DNA of 31,623 bases from the NCBI GenBank assembly GCA_964534625.1, contig CAZHRF010000001.1, positions 140,316 through 171,938 of the forward strand. Reading direction: 5' to 3'. Position 1 is the stretch's first letter; each line of letters begins with the position of its first letter. Positions 1 to 9,088 of this stretch are shown in pieces. Under the pieces are notes generated by a model, which made no database searches, had not been told where the DNA came from, and saw only the letters and a list, made by a program, of their open reading frames with translations. Position numbers and translations under genes: made by a program. The DNA is from an uncultured archaeon. Lineage in GTDB: Archaea; Asgardarchaeota; Heimdallarchaeia; Heimdallarchaeales; Heimdallarchaeaceae.

Positions 1-1
1 G

Positions 2-514
2 TGGTTTTGTTGTAGGCGGTGCAGTGGATGCTGTGGTTTTTTGTTCTTTTTTTGGTTTTCCTTTAATCTTGCTTATATAAGCACCACGCATCTGTTTTAA
101 TTCTTCTTCTAATTTTGATACTTCTTCTTCTCGTGCTGTTCTCTCTATCTCGTTTTCTATTTTTTGAATATCCTTTTCATATCTAACTGCCAATTTTTGG
201 AAAATTGCATCACTAATTTCTTCTTTCTTTTTCTTTTCAGCTAATGCTTTTTTAGCAGCGATAAATTTGGATTTCTCTATATCTAGAATTGCTACTCTCT
301 CTTTTGCAGGAATATTACTGGGAATTGGCTTATCGTCTGTAATATCTAAAGATAAACGTGATCCCTTTTTTTCGATCTCTGTATTTTTTGTTATAAAGAA
401 TACAATAAGAGCAATTAATAATATATAAAAACCAGATAAATATATTAATATCTTAAATCCAGTATCTTGTACACTCGCTGGAGGTAAATTTACGAACCAA
501 TCAATTATTGCCAT
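2..514 (-). CDS. Hypothetical membrane-anchored coiled-coil protein (3' end truncated by window start)
   Basis: Not in the ORF track. Read by hand from ATG at 514 (upstream AGGGGAAG SD-like): MAIIDWFVNLPPASVQDTGFKILIYLSGFYILLIALIVFFITKNTEIEKK...EKDIQKIENEIERTAREEEVSKLEEELKQMRG...KTTASTAPPTTKP. Open for 171 codons to the edge, with one hydrophobic segment followed by an E/K-rich helical region. Confidence 0.85.
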   Translation of the reverse strand, partial: MAIIDWFVNLPPASVQDTGFKILIYLSGFYILLIALIVFFITKNTEIEKKGSRLSLDITDDKPIPSNIPAKERVAILDIEKSKFIAAKKALAEKKKKEEISDAIFQKLAVRYEKDIQKIENEIERTAREEEVSKLEEELKQMRGAYISKIKGKPKKEQKTTASTAPPTTKP

Positions 515-858
515 ATATAACTTCCCCTATTACATGTAGTTATTTTATCTTTTTATCTTTTTCCTTATTATAACTAAATTAGTATAATCGTACTCATTTT
601 AAAATGTTCTTGTTATCTCTTTGTTGTAAGAGTAAATTAAATCTTTATAGATAGATAACTATTAGGATCAAATTATTAAGTCTTATGCTGGAGGAATATA
701 ATATATTGCAAGTTTTTTTTATTTACATAATTTTGACAATTATTAGTGAATTTAATTTACACTGGGCTGGGGAAATAATTGGGATTCAAAATAAATAAAT
801 AACTGAATTCAAAAGGAATAAATAATCTATTGTTTAGGTATCATAAAAAGAGGATGAG

Positions 859-1467
859 TTGAATTTGAGTGATGAAACCTACAATCGAATAAAAGATTCG
901 GATAAACTAGTCCTTCCTGGCACAAAATTAGCAACTATAGAGGAATTTTATGCGGGTAATGGAACTTATTCTACAGATGATTATGTTTATTCTGCAACAA
1001 CTGGTCATGTTAATATAAATATGTCTAAATATGAAATTTCAGTTATATCAAAACCAAAATCAGCCCCTATACCAAAAAAAGGTTCTATATGTATGGGCAG
1101 TGTTTCACATGTTTCAAGACAGATTGCATCTATAAGTGTAAACTACATAAATAATACAGAAGTACACCCGAGTTATACTTGTTTAATACACATATCCCAG
1201 ATATCCAAAGAATATCTTGATAATATAGGGGATGCTATTTGTCCTGGTGATATAATCCGATGTAAACTGATCGATGCTAAAACGCTTCCATTACAAGGAA
1301 CCATGGTTGACAATCAGTTGGGAGTCATAATAGGTTATTGTGTAAAATGCGGAGAGGAATTAGAAAAAATTGGGAAAGACAAACTAAAATGTCCTCAATG
1401 TAATTATATACAAAAAAGAAAATTAGCTCTTGACTATGGAATAAATAGATCAGGTTTTAAGTTATAA
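859..1467 (+). CDS. csl4: Exosome complex RNA-binding subunit Csl4
   Basis: N-terminal VLPG..LATIEEF.AG.GTY, S1 domain (IHISQIS...GDIIRC), C-terminal Zn ribbon CVKC...CPQC..QKRK; TTG start after GAGG. Confidence 0.95.
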   Translation: MNLSDETYNRIKDSDKLVLPGTKLATIEEFYAGNGTYSTDDYVYSATTGHVNINMSKYEISVISKPKSAPIPKKGSICMGSVSHVSRQIASISVNYINNTEVHPSYTCLIHISQISKEYLDNIGDAICPGDIIRCKLIDAKTLPLQGTMVDNQLGVIIGYCVKCGEELEKIGKDKLKCPQCNYIQKRKLALDYGINRSGFKL

Positions 1468-1490
1468 GAAAATAATTGGCGTGATTATAA

Positions 1491-2201
1491 GTGGCTAGAA
1501 CATCGACAAAAGAGATAACAATTGGTTTCCCAGAAAAAAAGTTCTTACAACAATTTATAGAATTAGTTACTGATGAGCTAAAATTTGTTGACTTTTATTT
1601 TAACTATAAATTTGATAAAATAAAAATTAAAATAATTGGAGAAAGAAGCGATGTGAAAGAATCAATTGGGCGGGTAAAAACCCTCCAAAGATTATTTTCA
1701 CGGTCAACAACGCCTGATTTAGATGGAAATTTTGCACATAATATTACCTTACTACAGAAATTAGTACCAAGAATAGTTTCTATGGATAGTCTTTCAACTG
1801 TGCTTAATTACAAAGGTTATGACACAATAGAGCAAGGTTTAGATATTATAACAAGAGCTCCTTTGTACGAAGTTCAAGATGTATTAATCAGCCTTAATAA
1901 GATAATGGATGAAATTACTATATTAGATATATCTGCAAAGGCAGTAAAAACAATTCTACTTACAGTAGCATATATGACAAACTTACCTGTGAATTTCATA
2001 GTAAATAAGGGATTGAAGTGGGATCTATTTAGGGAATATGAAGAAAAAATTCTTGTAACAAAGTCACCTGAAAGTATAATTGATGAATTCCTCGAAAAAA
2101 TGGAAAGTAATGAAGTTAGGAATGAATTTAAGGAATCAGAACAAATAGATCAAGACAACCTAAATAATAGATTAAAACATCTGGACTTTAGAGATTTATG
2201 A
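1491..2201 (+). CDS. DUF2067-like conserved archaeal protein
   Basis: 236-aa ORF between csl4 and rpoL, the usual position of DUF2067. The family call rests mainly on synteny and size. Confidence 0.6.
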   Translation: MARTSTKEITIGFPEKKFLQQFIELVTDELKFVDFYFNYKFDKIKIKIIGERSDVKESIGRVKTLQRLFSRSTTPDLDGNFAHNITLLQKLVPRIVSMDSLSTVLNYKGYDTIEQGLDIITRAPLYEVQDVLISLNKIMDEITILDISAKAVKTILLTVAYMTNLPVNFIVNKGLKWDLFREYEEKILVTKSPESIIDEFLEKMESNEVRNEFKESEQIDQDNLNNRLKHLDFRDL

Positions 2202-2290
2202 AATCTTTTTTATTATCTTTTTTTTAGTACTGATAATCTTATAATTTGTCATATCTAAAAAACTATATAAATCAAAGGAAAAAAACAAAA

Positions 2291-2587
2291 ATGGGAAAGA
2301 AAATGGAAATTGAAATTATAAAGCAAGAACCTGGATATATAAAGTTTAATGGAAAGTTTACTGATCCTCATACTTTACCAAATCTAGTTTATAGTGAGTT
2401 ATTAGAGGATGAGGATGTAGACTTTGCTGGTTACTGGCGTGATAAGTCGTTCTATGAGTCATACATTTTTCAAGTTAGAATGAAAAAAGAAGAAATGGAT
2501 CCCGTAGATGCAATAAATCGTGCGTTGGATAGAATTAATGAAATATCAGAAACTTTCATAGATGTTGTTAAATCAAAAATTTCCTAA
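2291..2587 (+). CDS. rpoL: DNA-directed RNA polymerase subunit L (Rpo11)
   Basis: HTLPNLVYSELLEDEDVDFAGY matches the Rpo11 core (HTLxNxL...DxxVxFAGY); downstream of csl4. Start taken at ATG 2291 (2303 also possible). Confidence 0.92.
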   Translation: MGKKMEIEIIKQEPGYIKFNGKFTDPHTLPNLVYSELLEDEDVDFAGYWRDKSFYESYIFQVRMKKEEMDPVDAINRALDRINEISETFIDVVKSKIS

Positions 2588-3023
2588 ATATCCATCTGGT
2601 GTAGTTTTGAAAAATAAAATAAATGAACAAACATTTGCTGAAATTCTAAGTAATCATAATTTAGCCAAGTTTGGTGATTCTTTAGTTAACTTCCTATATA
2701 ATGTGAGTGTTTACAAATCGACACAAAAGCTAAATGGAATCAAAGTATGGGATCAATGTCTAGCTGATGCACTTAAAAACAGTCCATTAAGAAAGTTTGC
2801 AGGATCAAGAAAGAAAAAGGGAGAGTTGGCTGATGCAACAGAAGCTTTTTTGGCATACTGTTATATTCGAGATGAAAATAAATTTACTGATATGATTAAT
2901 ATACTCACACAGTATATTACGCTTTCAAAACTCAGTAAACCAGAGAAGGAAGAAAAAGAAATGTGTTCGTTAATATTTTCGAAACTATTGAATGAACTAT
3001 GTGAGAAAATGAATATAAAATAA
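2562..3023 (+). CDS. Archaeal stand-alone RNase III-like domain protein
   Basis: LAKFGDSLVNF and LADATEAF resemble the two RNase III acidic motifs; no dsRBD; typical neighbour of rpoL. Confidence 0.85.
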   Translation: MLLNQKFPKYPSGVVLKNKINEQTFAEILSNHNLAKFGDSLVNFLYNVSVYKSTQKLNGIKVWDQCLADALKNSPLRKFAGSRKKKGELADATEAFLAYCYIRDENKFTDMINILTQYITLSKLSKPEKEEKEMCSLIFSKLLNELCEKMNIK

Positions 3024-3024
3024 G

Positions 3025-3624
3025 CTAGATTATAAAATTTTTAAAACTCTTACCAATTAAATCTGCTATCCGTAAGCATTCGGGATAACATGCAACATAA
3101 CTAGAAATTTCTAATAACTTTTTTACTTGTAAATCATATTCTATGCCAATTTGTTGGAAATATATCTTACATCGTCTCCCAGAGTTATTGTAAAACTGCA
3201 TTGATTTAATAGCGGGATTAACTGAGATTATTTCCTCCCTCTGCTTCCTATCCTTAAGCCTTATTAATGCTTTTTTCACCTTATTCGCATTGGGTGCTTG
3301 AGATAAGACTGTAATGACGGGGATTTGGATTTCTTCAAATAATTTTGGCATATTTATTAAATTAAACGCTCCAATAGTTGCACTTCTTAAGAATATGGCC
3401 TTAATCTGATTCCGAAATTTACTTTGTTTAATCATGTCTGTTATAGCCTTTGTTGCATTCAAACCATCAACTAGTATTTCTGTTCTCAAAATACCTTCGA
3501 TTATACTATATCCTCTGGTAACAACACCAAAAACAAAGGTTTTTGTTGATTTATCCCTTATGAAAGCTGAATCATCAATCCCTAATGTCCGAATGTCTTT
3601 TTTATACTCCACAAATATACTCAT
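3025..3624 (-). CDS. DUF99 family protein (endonuclease V-like / endonuclease dU)
   Basis: LGIDDS, VDGLNAT, FNLIN...IPVI and PECLRIAD motifs. Confidence 0.88.
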   Translation of the reverse strand: MSIFVEYKKDIRTLGIDDSAFIRDKSTKTFVFGVVTRGYSIIEGILRTEILVDGLNATKAITDMIKQSKFRNQIKAIFLRSATIGAFNLINMPKLFEEIQIPVITVLSQAPNANKVKKALIRLKDRKQREEIISVNPAIKSMQFYNNSGRRCKIYFQQIGIEYDLQVKKLLEISSYVACYPECLRIADLIGKSFKNFII

Positions 3625-3669
3625 TGATTAGATTTTTAAAGACTTTTTCTTACAATCTAATAGAGATAT

Positions 3670-4470
3670 ATGAGTCATAGAAGAAAACTTCCCGAATATG
3701 GTGATTTAGTTCTGGGTACAATTACAGATATTTATGATCATGGTTGTTATGTTAGATTAGATGAGTATGAAAATTTAACTGCTTATGTTCACATATCAGA
3801 GCTTTCTAGTACGTGGGTTAGAAACATACGAAATGTTGTACGCGAAGGAAAGAAAGTTGTTGGTAGAGTGATGCGAATAAGAGAAAATCAAATTGATATA
3901 AGTCTAAAAAGAGTATCTGACGGGCTTAGAAGAGAAAAAATTGTAGAATGGAAGCACTATCAGACTTCCTTAGCTTTGTTATCATTGGCAGCTGAAGAAC
4001 TAAATATTGACATCGAAGAAGCCAGAAGTAAAGTTGAGGATCCTTGTATAGACACTTATGGTGGATTATATGAAGCATTAGAAGAATCCTTGTTTGCTGG
4101 GAAAAAGGCATTAACAGAGGCTGGTGTTCCAGAAAAATGGGCTAAAGTTTTAACTGATCTTGCTCAAAAGAATTTAACGATTCCTAAAGTTAAAATCAAA
4201 CAAAACTTGGAAATTGTTTGTTGGGAAAGCTATGGTGTAGAAATCATAAGAAAAGTATTAATGGAAGCATTAAAAGAAAGAGACAAAATTGAAGCGGGAG
4301 AATCTGAATTGGGTATACAAATATATGCACGTGGTGCCCCCATCTATCGTTTAGAGATTACTGCGAGAGATTATAGTCTTGCAATGGATTTATCCTCTAG
4401 AGTCTCAAAAACTATAGAAAAAGGTTTTGAACCGTATAATCACTCTTTAAAAGTAACTGATATTAAGTAG
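3670..4470 (+). CDS. eif2a: Translation initiation factor 2 subunit alpha (aIF2-alpha)
   Basis: LPEYGDLVLGT, S1 domain HISELSSTWVRNIR, IDISLKRV, GAPIYR; followed by nop10. Confidence 0.97.
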   Translation: MSHRRKLPEYGDLVLGTITDIYDHGCYVRLDEYENLTAYVHISELSSTWVRNIRNVVREGKKVVGRVMRIRENQIDISLKRVSDGLRREKIVEWKHYQTSLALLSLAAEELNIDIEEARSKVEDPCIDTYGGLYEALEESLFAGKKALTEAGVPEKWAKVLTDLAQKNLTIPKVKIKQNLEIVCWESYGVEIIRKVLMEALKERDKIEAGESELGIQIYARGAPIYRLEITARDYSLAMDLSSRVSKTIEKGFEPYNHSLKVTDIK

Positions 4471-4478
4471 GTAGATGA

Positions 4479-4664
4479 ATGACTAAGTCCATATTTCGTT
4501 GTACATCTTGCAATAAGTATACATTAAATGAAGATATATGTCCAATTTGTGGAAGTGATGTGGAAAACCCTCATCCTGCACGATTCTCAATTGAAAAAGA
4601 GAAAAAATATTCTAAATATCGAAGAGAACTTATTAAAGATAAAATAAACAAAGAATCTTCTTAA
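4479..4664 (+). CDS. nop10: H/ACA RNP protein Nop10
   Basis: CTSCNKYTL...CPICG...PHPARFS...YSKYR. Confidence 0.96.
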   Translation: MTKSIFRCTSCNKYTLNEDICPICGSDVENPHPARFSIEKEKKYSKYRRELIKDKINKESS

Positions 4665-5284
4665 CATTTATTTATAATTCTAAGAATGAGTGCCTTGATC
4701 ACGTGATATCGTTTTTTATGAAAATAATATGTTTTAGGGATCTCAAATTCTGCAATGATTTTTTCATCCACTTTCTTATCTAAGGACGTGATAAACCCTT
4801 CTAAAAACGCTAAATTTTTTTGTTGATAAAGATGCATTGAATAACAAACACTGGAATGCTTAAGGGCATATTGCAAAAAATATTGGTCTTTTTTGTCTCC
4901 TTGAATTCCAAACGGACTATTCATAAAAATTGTATCGAAATCTCTTCCTATCTCTTTTATATCTCCTGTTATCCACTTAATAGATAAATTTGCTTTTTCA
5001 GCATTAATTTTAGCAATTTCAATCGCATTAGGATCAATATCAATACCTATCACTTCTTCTGCTCCTAATAAAGCCACAGCAAGTGCAAATGAACCCGTTC
5101 CCGTACAATAATCAGCTATGATTTTATCTTTGACATCACCTAATTGATAAGCCCTCCAACTAATCATTGCTGCAAGTCTAGCCGGTATTTGATATTGTTC
5201 AAGTTGAATTTTTGGGTTGGTAAAGGTTTGAATTGTTGAAAGAAAAATTTCAATGTCCTTTTGTTTCATTTGCATCAGTTCCAT
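4661..5284 (-). CDS. METTL5-family class I SAM-dependent methyltransferase
   Basis: PKIQLEQY, motif I DYCTGTG, GIDID, motif IV NSPFG, C-terminal YYFHKK. The true start may be ATG 5269 (MKQKDIEIFLS). Confidence 0.9.
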   Translation of the reverse strand: MELMQMKQKDIEIFLSTIQTFTNPKIQLEQYQIPARLAAMISWRAYQLGDVKDKIIADYCTGTGSFALAVALLGAEEVIGIDIDPNAIEIAKINAEKANLSIKWITGDIKEIGRDFDTIFMNSPFGIQGDKKDQYFLQYALKHSSVCYSMHLYQQKNLAFLEGFITSLDKKVDEKIIAEFEIPKTYYFHKKRYHVIKALILRIINKC

Positions 5285-6008
5285 TCTTAATAGTTCTTAA
5301 AATGTGATTGAATACTCCAATAAAAGAGTGTACTTCTACTGGACGGATAAAACTTCGATTAATAAGAAACCGAAAAGCTTGTTTAATAATGGGTTTTCTA
5401 TATGTCTCATATTGCAAAGAGTCAATTATACTATCAAATTTTTCAAACAATACCGCTCTAGATTTTACTTCTGCAATAATCTCTTGGTTTTTTGGTTTTA
5501 TATGATCTAAATAAATTGAACGCCAAATTTCATAAAGTATAATCCCAACAGCATGTGATAAATTTAGAACAATATGTTCCCCTGTTAGTGGGATGTGGAC
5601 CAGAAAATCACATAAATCTAATTCAACATTGAATAAACCTTTGTCTTCTCTACCAAATACAAAAGCCATCTCTTCATTATTAGAAAAAACTTTAGCAACA
5701 TCCCAAGGATAAGCAGGTTGTCTGGTAATATGATAATTATTACCTGCTTTTGCTGATGTGGCAATTAATAGTTCATATTCTTGTCTTAGTTGTTTAAAAG
5801 TGGAATAAACAATTGCTCTTTGCAAGTATTCTTGTGAATGCATGGCTCTGGCAAGGGAACTATCAGATAGATGATCAGCTTGAGGATCAATTAAGACTAA
5901 TTTTTTCACATTAAAATTTTTACATAATCTAGCTATGGCGCCAATATTACCCGCTGTTTGTGGTTGAACGAGTACAACACTAAAGTTTAGTTTAAGATTA
6001 TCATTCAT
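5250..6008 (-). CDS. trmJ: SPOUT tRNA (C32/U32-2'-O)-methyltransferase, TrmJ family
   Basis: VVLVQPQTAGNIGAIARLCKNF, ARAMH, FGREDKGL, LNLSHAV. Confidence 0.9.
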   Translation of the reverse strand: MNDNLKLNFSVVLVQPQTAGNIGAIARLCKNFNVKKLVLIDPQADHLSDSSLARAMHSQEYLQRAIVYSTFKQLRQEYELLIATSAKAGNNYHITRQPAYPWDVAKVFSNNEEMAFVFGREDKGLFNVELDLCDFLVHIPLTGEHIVLNLSHAVGIILYEIWRSIYLDHIKPKNQEIIAEVKSRAVLFEKFDSIIDSLQYETYRKPIIKQAFRFLINRSFIRPVEVHSFIGVFNHILRTIKNGTDANETKGH

Positions 6009-6018
6009 TTTATTTTAT

Positions 6019-6642
6019 TCACCGATAAAATTTATACAAATATATATCTTCGAAAAAACAATGATGTTTATCAACTATTTTATAGTTGATGTGCCTTTTT
6101 CCAAGTTTGTTGATTTTTTGAACAAAACTAGCATCAGTAGATAAAGAAGATATAATCGTAAAGTAATCAAAATGAGTGATCTGTTCAGCTATTTGGATTA
6201 GTAAATGAACGGTTTCTTCATATCCTGATTTACCCCCAAACAAGTTTCTTCTCTCCATAATTGGGAGTTTTGAAACTTCATTATCTAATGGCAGGTAAGG
6301 TGGATTCCAGATAATAATGTCTCCCTCTTTTATTTTTAATGCTTCTAAAGTATGACCGCATATGATTTCTAAGTTCTTTGATACATTATTATTTCGTGAG
6401 TTCAGATAAGCTGTTTGACATGCAATTAATGATATATCTGTTGCAAAGAAATTGACATTGGGATATTTTTTGGCGAGAAATATTGAGATTATGCCTGATC
6501 CTGTACCAATCTCAATAACTCTTTTTTGATTTGATGCTAATTTAATAGAACTTAACAGCAGATATGTATCTTCTGCTGGTTCATATACTTCATCAGGTAT
6601 TTGTAACTTTAATTTGTATTTAGGGAAATTATATTCGACCAA
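6019..6642 (-). CDS. prmC: HemK2/Mtq2 family release-factor glutamine N5-methyltransferase
   Basis: VYEPAEDTYLL, IEIGTGSG, NPPY, GGKSG. Confidence 0.92.
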   Translation of the reverse strand: MVEYNFPKYKLKLQIPDEVYEPAEDTYLLLSSIKLASNQKRVIEIGTGSGIISIFLAKKYPNVNFFATDISLIACQTAYLNSRNNNVSKNLEIICGHTLEALKIKEGDIIIWNPPYLPLDNEVSKLPIMERRNLFGGKSGYEETVHLLIQIAEQITHFDYFTIISSLSTDASFVQKINKLGKRHINYKIVDKHHCFFEDIYLYKFYR

Positions 6643-7493
6643 TTTTTTTCGCCTATACTTTTTTTTAAATTATTATATAACCTTAAAGTTTCTTGGTGTG
6701 TTAGTGTGAATATTCTACGCTTAGGAAAGATAAGTCTGTCCATAACATTGTCTTCAGGATAAATGCCTTCTTTGCTACTATTTTTCAATAGATTATTAAC
6801 TACACTTCTAACAGTTTTTCTTTTAAGCGTGAATAAAGTTGTTACGAAAAACCCAAAATCTTCCTTGTTAACATCATTTGCTACAGATTTAGGAATTATT
6901 TTTACAATAGCTGAATCTATTCTAGGTCTTGGTAAAAAGGCATTTCTTGGGACTGTTCTTAGATATTCAATTTCACTATAGAACTTAGTCATTAAGCTAA
7001 GCCTTGAATAGTTGCTTGAACCAGCTTTTGCTTCCATTCTTTGCGCAAATTCCTTTTGAAACATGAGTGTTGCTGCATCAAATTCATGATCAAAAAGTTT
7101 GAATGTTACAGGAGAAGATATTTGATATGGTAGATTAGACACACATCTGTTAAAACTAGGCCATTCCACATTTATTGCATCACCTTCAATAATCTCTACA
7201 TTTGAAAATGTACTGAAATAGTTTGATAAGAATCTTACGTATCGTAGATCTTGTTCGATAGTATATACTTTCTTCGCTAGTTTAGATAAGCAAATAGTTA
7301 AATTACCTGTGCCTGCTCCTATTTCTAATATAGTGTCAGTATCTTGAATATTTGCCTTATTAACATGAAAATTAAGTATATTCGCATTAACTAAAAAATG
7401 TTGTCCGTGTTTTTTTGATAGGGAACCACCTACTTCTTTTATAGCTTGAAAAACATGGCTTTTAAGATCATTATGAGATTTCCAGCAAGACAT
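6609..7493 (-). CDS. ksgA: 16S rRNA dimethyladenosine transferase KsgA/Dim1
   Basis: GQHFL, LEIGAGTGNLT, SNLPYQISSP, MFQKEFAQR, YSRLS, F.PRP.IDS. Confidence 0.97.
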   Translation of the reverse strand: MSCWKSHNDLKSHVFQAIKEVGGSLSKKHGQHFLVNANILNFHVNKANIQDTDTILEIGAGTGNLTICLSKLAKKVYTIEQDLRYVRFLSNYFSTFSNVEIIEGDAINVEWPSFNRCVSNLPYQISSPVTFKLFDHEFDAATLMFQKEFAQRMEAKAGSSNYSRLSLMTKFYSEIEYLRTVPRNAFLPRPRIDSAIVKIIPKSVANDVNKEDFGFFVTTLFTLKRKTVRSVVNNLLKNSSKEGIYPEDNVMDRLIFPKRRIFTLTHQETLRLYNNLKKSIGEKNWSNIISLNTN

Positions 7494-7511
7494 TTTATCA
7501 AATACTTAAAT

Positions 7512-8138
7512 TCATGCAGTAAAAAGCTTGTGCTTTTCATCGCCTTCTAATTCTTGCATTATTCGATTTGTTAACATTTTTTGAATGTCTGAGATTTTAA
7601 CCCTATTTTCAATATCTTCAATAGAAATGAATGGTAAACCCTTTCTTGTTTTTATTATATCCCACATTAGCTTTTTTCCGATGCCAGGAATAAGTTGGAG
7701 ACTATGAATTCTGTTGGTTATTGGTTGAGCTTGGTTGAAAAAAGTTACAAATCGTTTTTCATTTGTTTTTATGATCAACCCTATTGCCTTTTCTAATGCG
7801 TTATAAGACGTATTGGTTAGATCATTTATGGTAATTCTTTGCTTAATTTTAACCTGTTTGTTCTCACTACTATCTTCAGGAAGTATAATTTTATCAAATT
7901 GTTGATATTTTGCTCTTTTTTTTGGTGTAATTTCGAGAAGTGTAAACCATGTTGTACCTATGGCTTGGATGATTGGTTCTCTACCTTTAGATTGCCTAAA
8001 TACTTTTCCTTCAGGTAAATAATCAAGTATTAGCACACGGCTTTCATGTTTCTTTTGTGATCTTGAGCGTTTACTTGGACCCCTATAAAAATCATCTTCA
8101 GGACTTGTGTCTTTACGATTTTGATTTGAGTTTACCAT
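7512..8138 (-). CDS. DUF655 family predicted nucleic-acid-binding protein (OB fold + HhH)
   Basis: ILDYLPEG, IQAIGTTWFTLLE, FFNQAQPITNRIHSLQLIPGIGKK; usual slot between rpoF and ksgA. Start uncertain (ATG 8138 or 8147; frame open to 8183). Confidence 0.93.
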   Translation of the reverse strand: MVNSNQNRKDTSPEDDFYRGPSKRSRSQKKHESRVLILDYLPEGKVFRQSKGREPIIQAIGTTWFTLLEITPKKRAKYQQFDKIILPEDSSENKQVKIKQRITINDLTNTSYNALEKAIGLIIKTNEKRFVTFFNQAQPITNRIHSLQLIPGIGKKLMWDIIKTRKGLPFISIEDIENRVKISDIQKMLTNRIMQELEGDEKHKLFTA

Positions 8139-8228
8139 TGTTCTCATCTTAGTTAAATAATTCATCAAAAAAAAGTTTTGCATTGCTATGGCTATTTAAA
8201 TTTATAACAAAAAATCATAAATTAATAA

Positions 8229-8624
8229 CTATTCTTCTTTTTCCTCTTCTTTTTCCTCTTCTTTTTCCTCTTCTTTTTCCTCGTCATTTAAAGAGAGATA
8301 TGGTTTGAGAAGGTTAAACATGTTTTTAATAACATCTTCAGTAAGAATGATCGGCTCTTTTTGTAGTAAATCTTTTAATTCATCTGGATCATTGGGGAGG
8401 ATATTAACAACAGAATATGCAGCAATTTCAGATAAATCAAATTCTTCAATTAACTTTTGAACAAGTTTTCTGGAATTCTCTGCTGGAACATGAGAATGTT
8501 GAGTTGAGTGTTCATAAGCAACTCTTTGCCAATATGACATTTCACCATCTTCACTTCGCTCTTGTAAAATTTCCATAGCTTCTGGAATAGTCAAAGGTTT
8601 CTTATCAATTACCTTACGAGGCAT
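8229..8624 (-). CDS. rpoF: DNA-directed RNA polymerase subunit F (Rpo4)
   Basis: KVIDKKPLTIPEAMEIL, SYWQRVAYEH, VVNILPNDPDEL; position between rpl21e and DUF655. Confidence 0.93.
   Translation of the reverse strand: MPRKVIDKKPLTIPEAMEILQERSEDGEMSYWQRVAYEHSTQHSHVPAENSRKLVQKLIEEFDLSEIAAYSVVNILPNDPDELKDLLQKEPIILTEDVIKNMFNLLKPYLSLNDEEKEEEKEEEKEEEKEE
8235..8282 (-). repeat. Perfect 12-bp tandem repeat x4 (GAGGAAAAAGAA on minus strand) encoding the (EEKE)4 tail of Rpo4
   Basis: TTCTTTTTCCTC at 8235, 8247, 8259 and 8271. Confidence 0.95.
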
Positions 8625-8652
8625 AGTTTAATCACACTTTCAGTTTATTGTA

Positions 8653-8958
8653 TTACTTGTGAATTGTGGAGCGACTTAAACGAATATGTTCTTTTGTTGT
8701 AACAATCTTCTTGGTAATATTACCTTGTTTAATATTGATCACATAAGCATTTCCTTGATGTCTGGTGATAGTACCGGTTTTACCATGATATCTTCTGTGA
8801 GGCATACCCTTTTGTACACTAGAATCAATAATAATATCAATGATGTCTCCTACTTTAAATTCTTCTAATAAATAATCTAAAGAACGCATTCCTCGTTCTC
8901 GAGGTCTTTTACGAAATATATTTCTGGTACTCCTACGGTAACCGCTTGATTTTCTCAT
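8653..8958 (-). CDS. rpl21e: 50S ribosomal protein L21e
   Basis: SSGYRRSTR...KGMPHRRYHGKTG...EHIR. Confidence 0.98.
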   Translation of the reverse strand: MRKSSGYRRSTRNIFRKRPRERGMRSLDYLLEEFKVGDIIDIIIDSSVQKGMPHRRYHGKTGTITRHQGNAYVINIKQGNITKKIVTTKEHIRLSRSTIHK

Positions 8959-9088
8959 TTTTTTCCACCTATTATAAAGTTAAGAACACTCCAAGTGAAG
9001 CAAACACAATGGAATTTTTAATCTTTTCTATTTTTGTTATCGTATGTGTAATATTTTTTTTATTTGAAAGTAATTAAGTTTCTATTTT

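Noticed and set aside
3370-3400. DUF99 reads IFLRSAT where an acidic residue (LLDG) is often found
   Set aside because: This position varies in the family as far as I recall, and the N-terminal GIDD is intact, so there is not enough to call it inactive.
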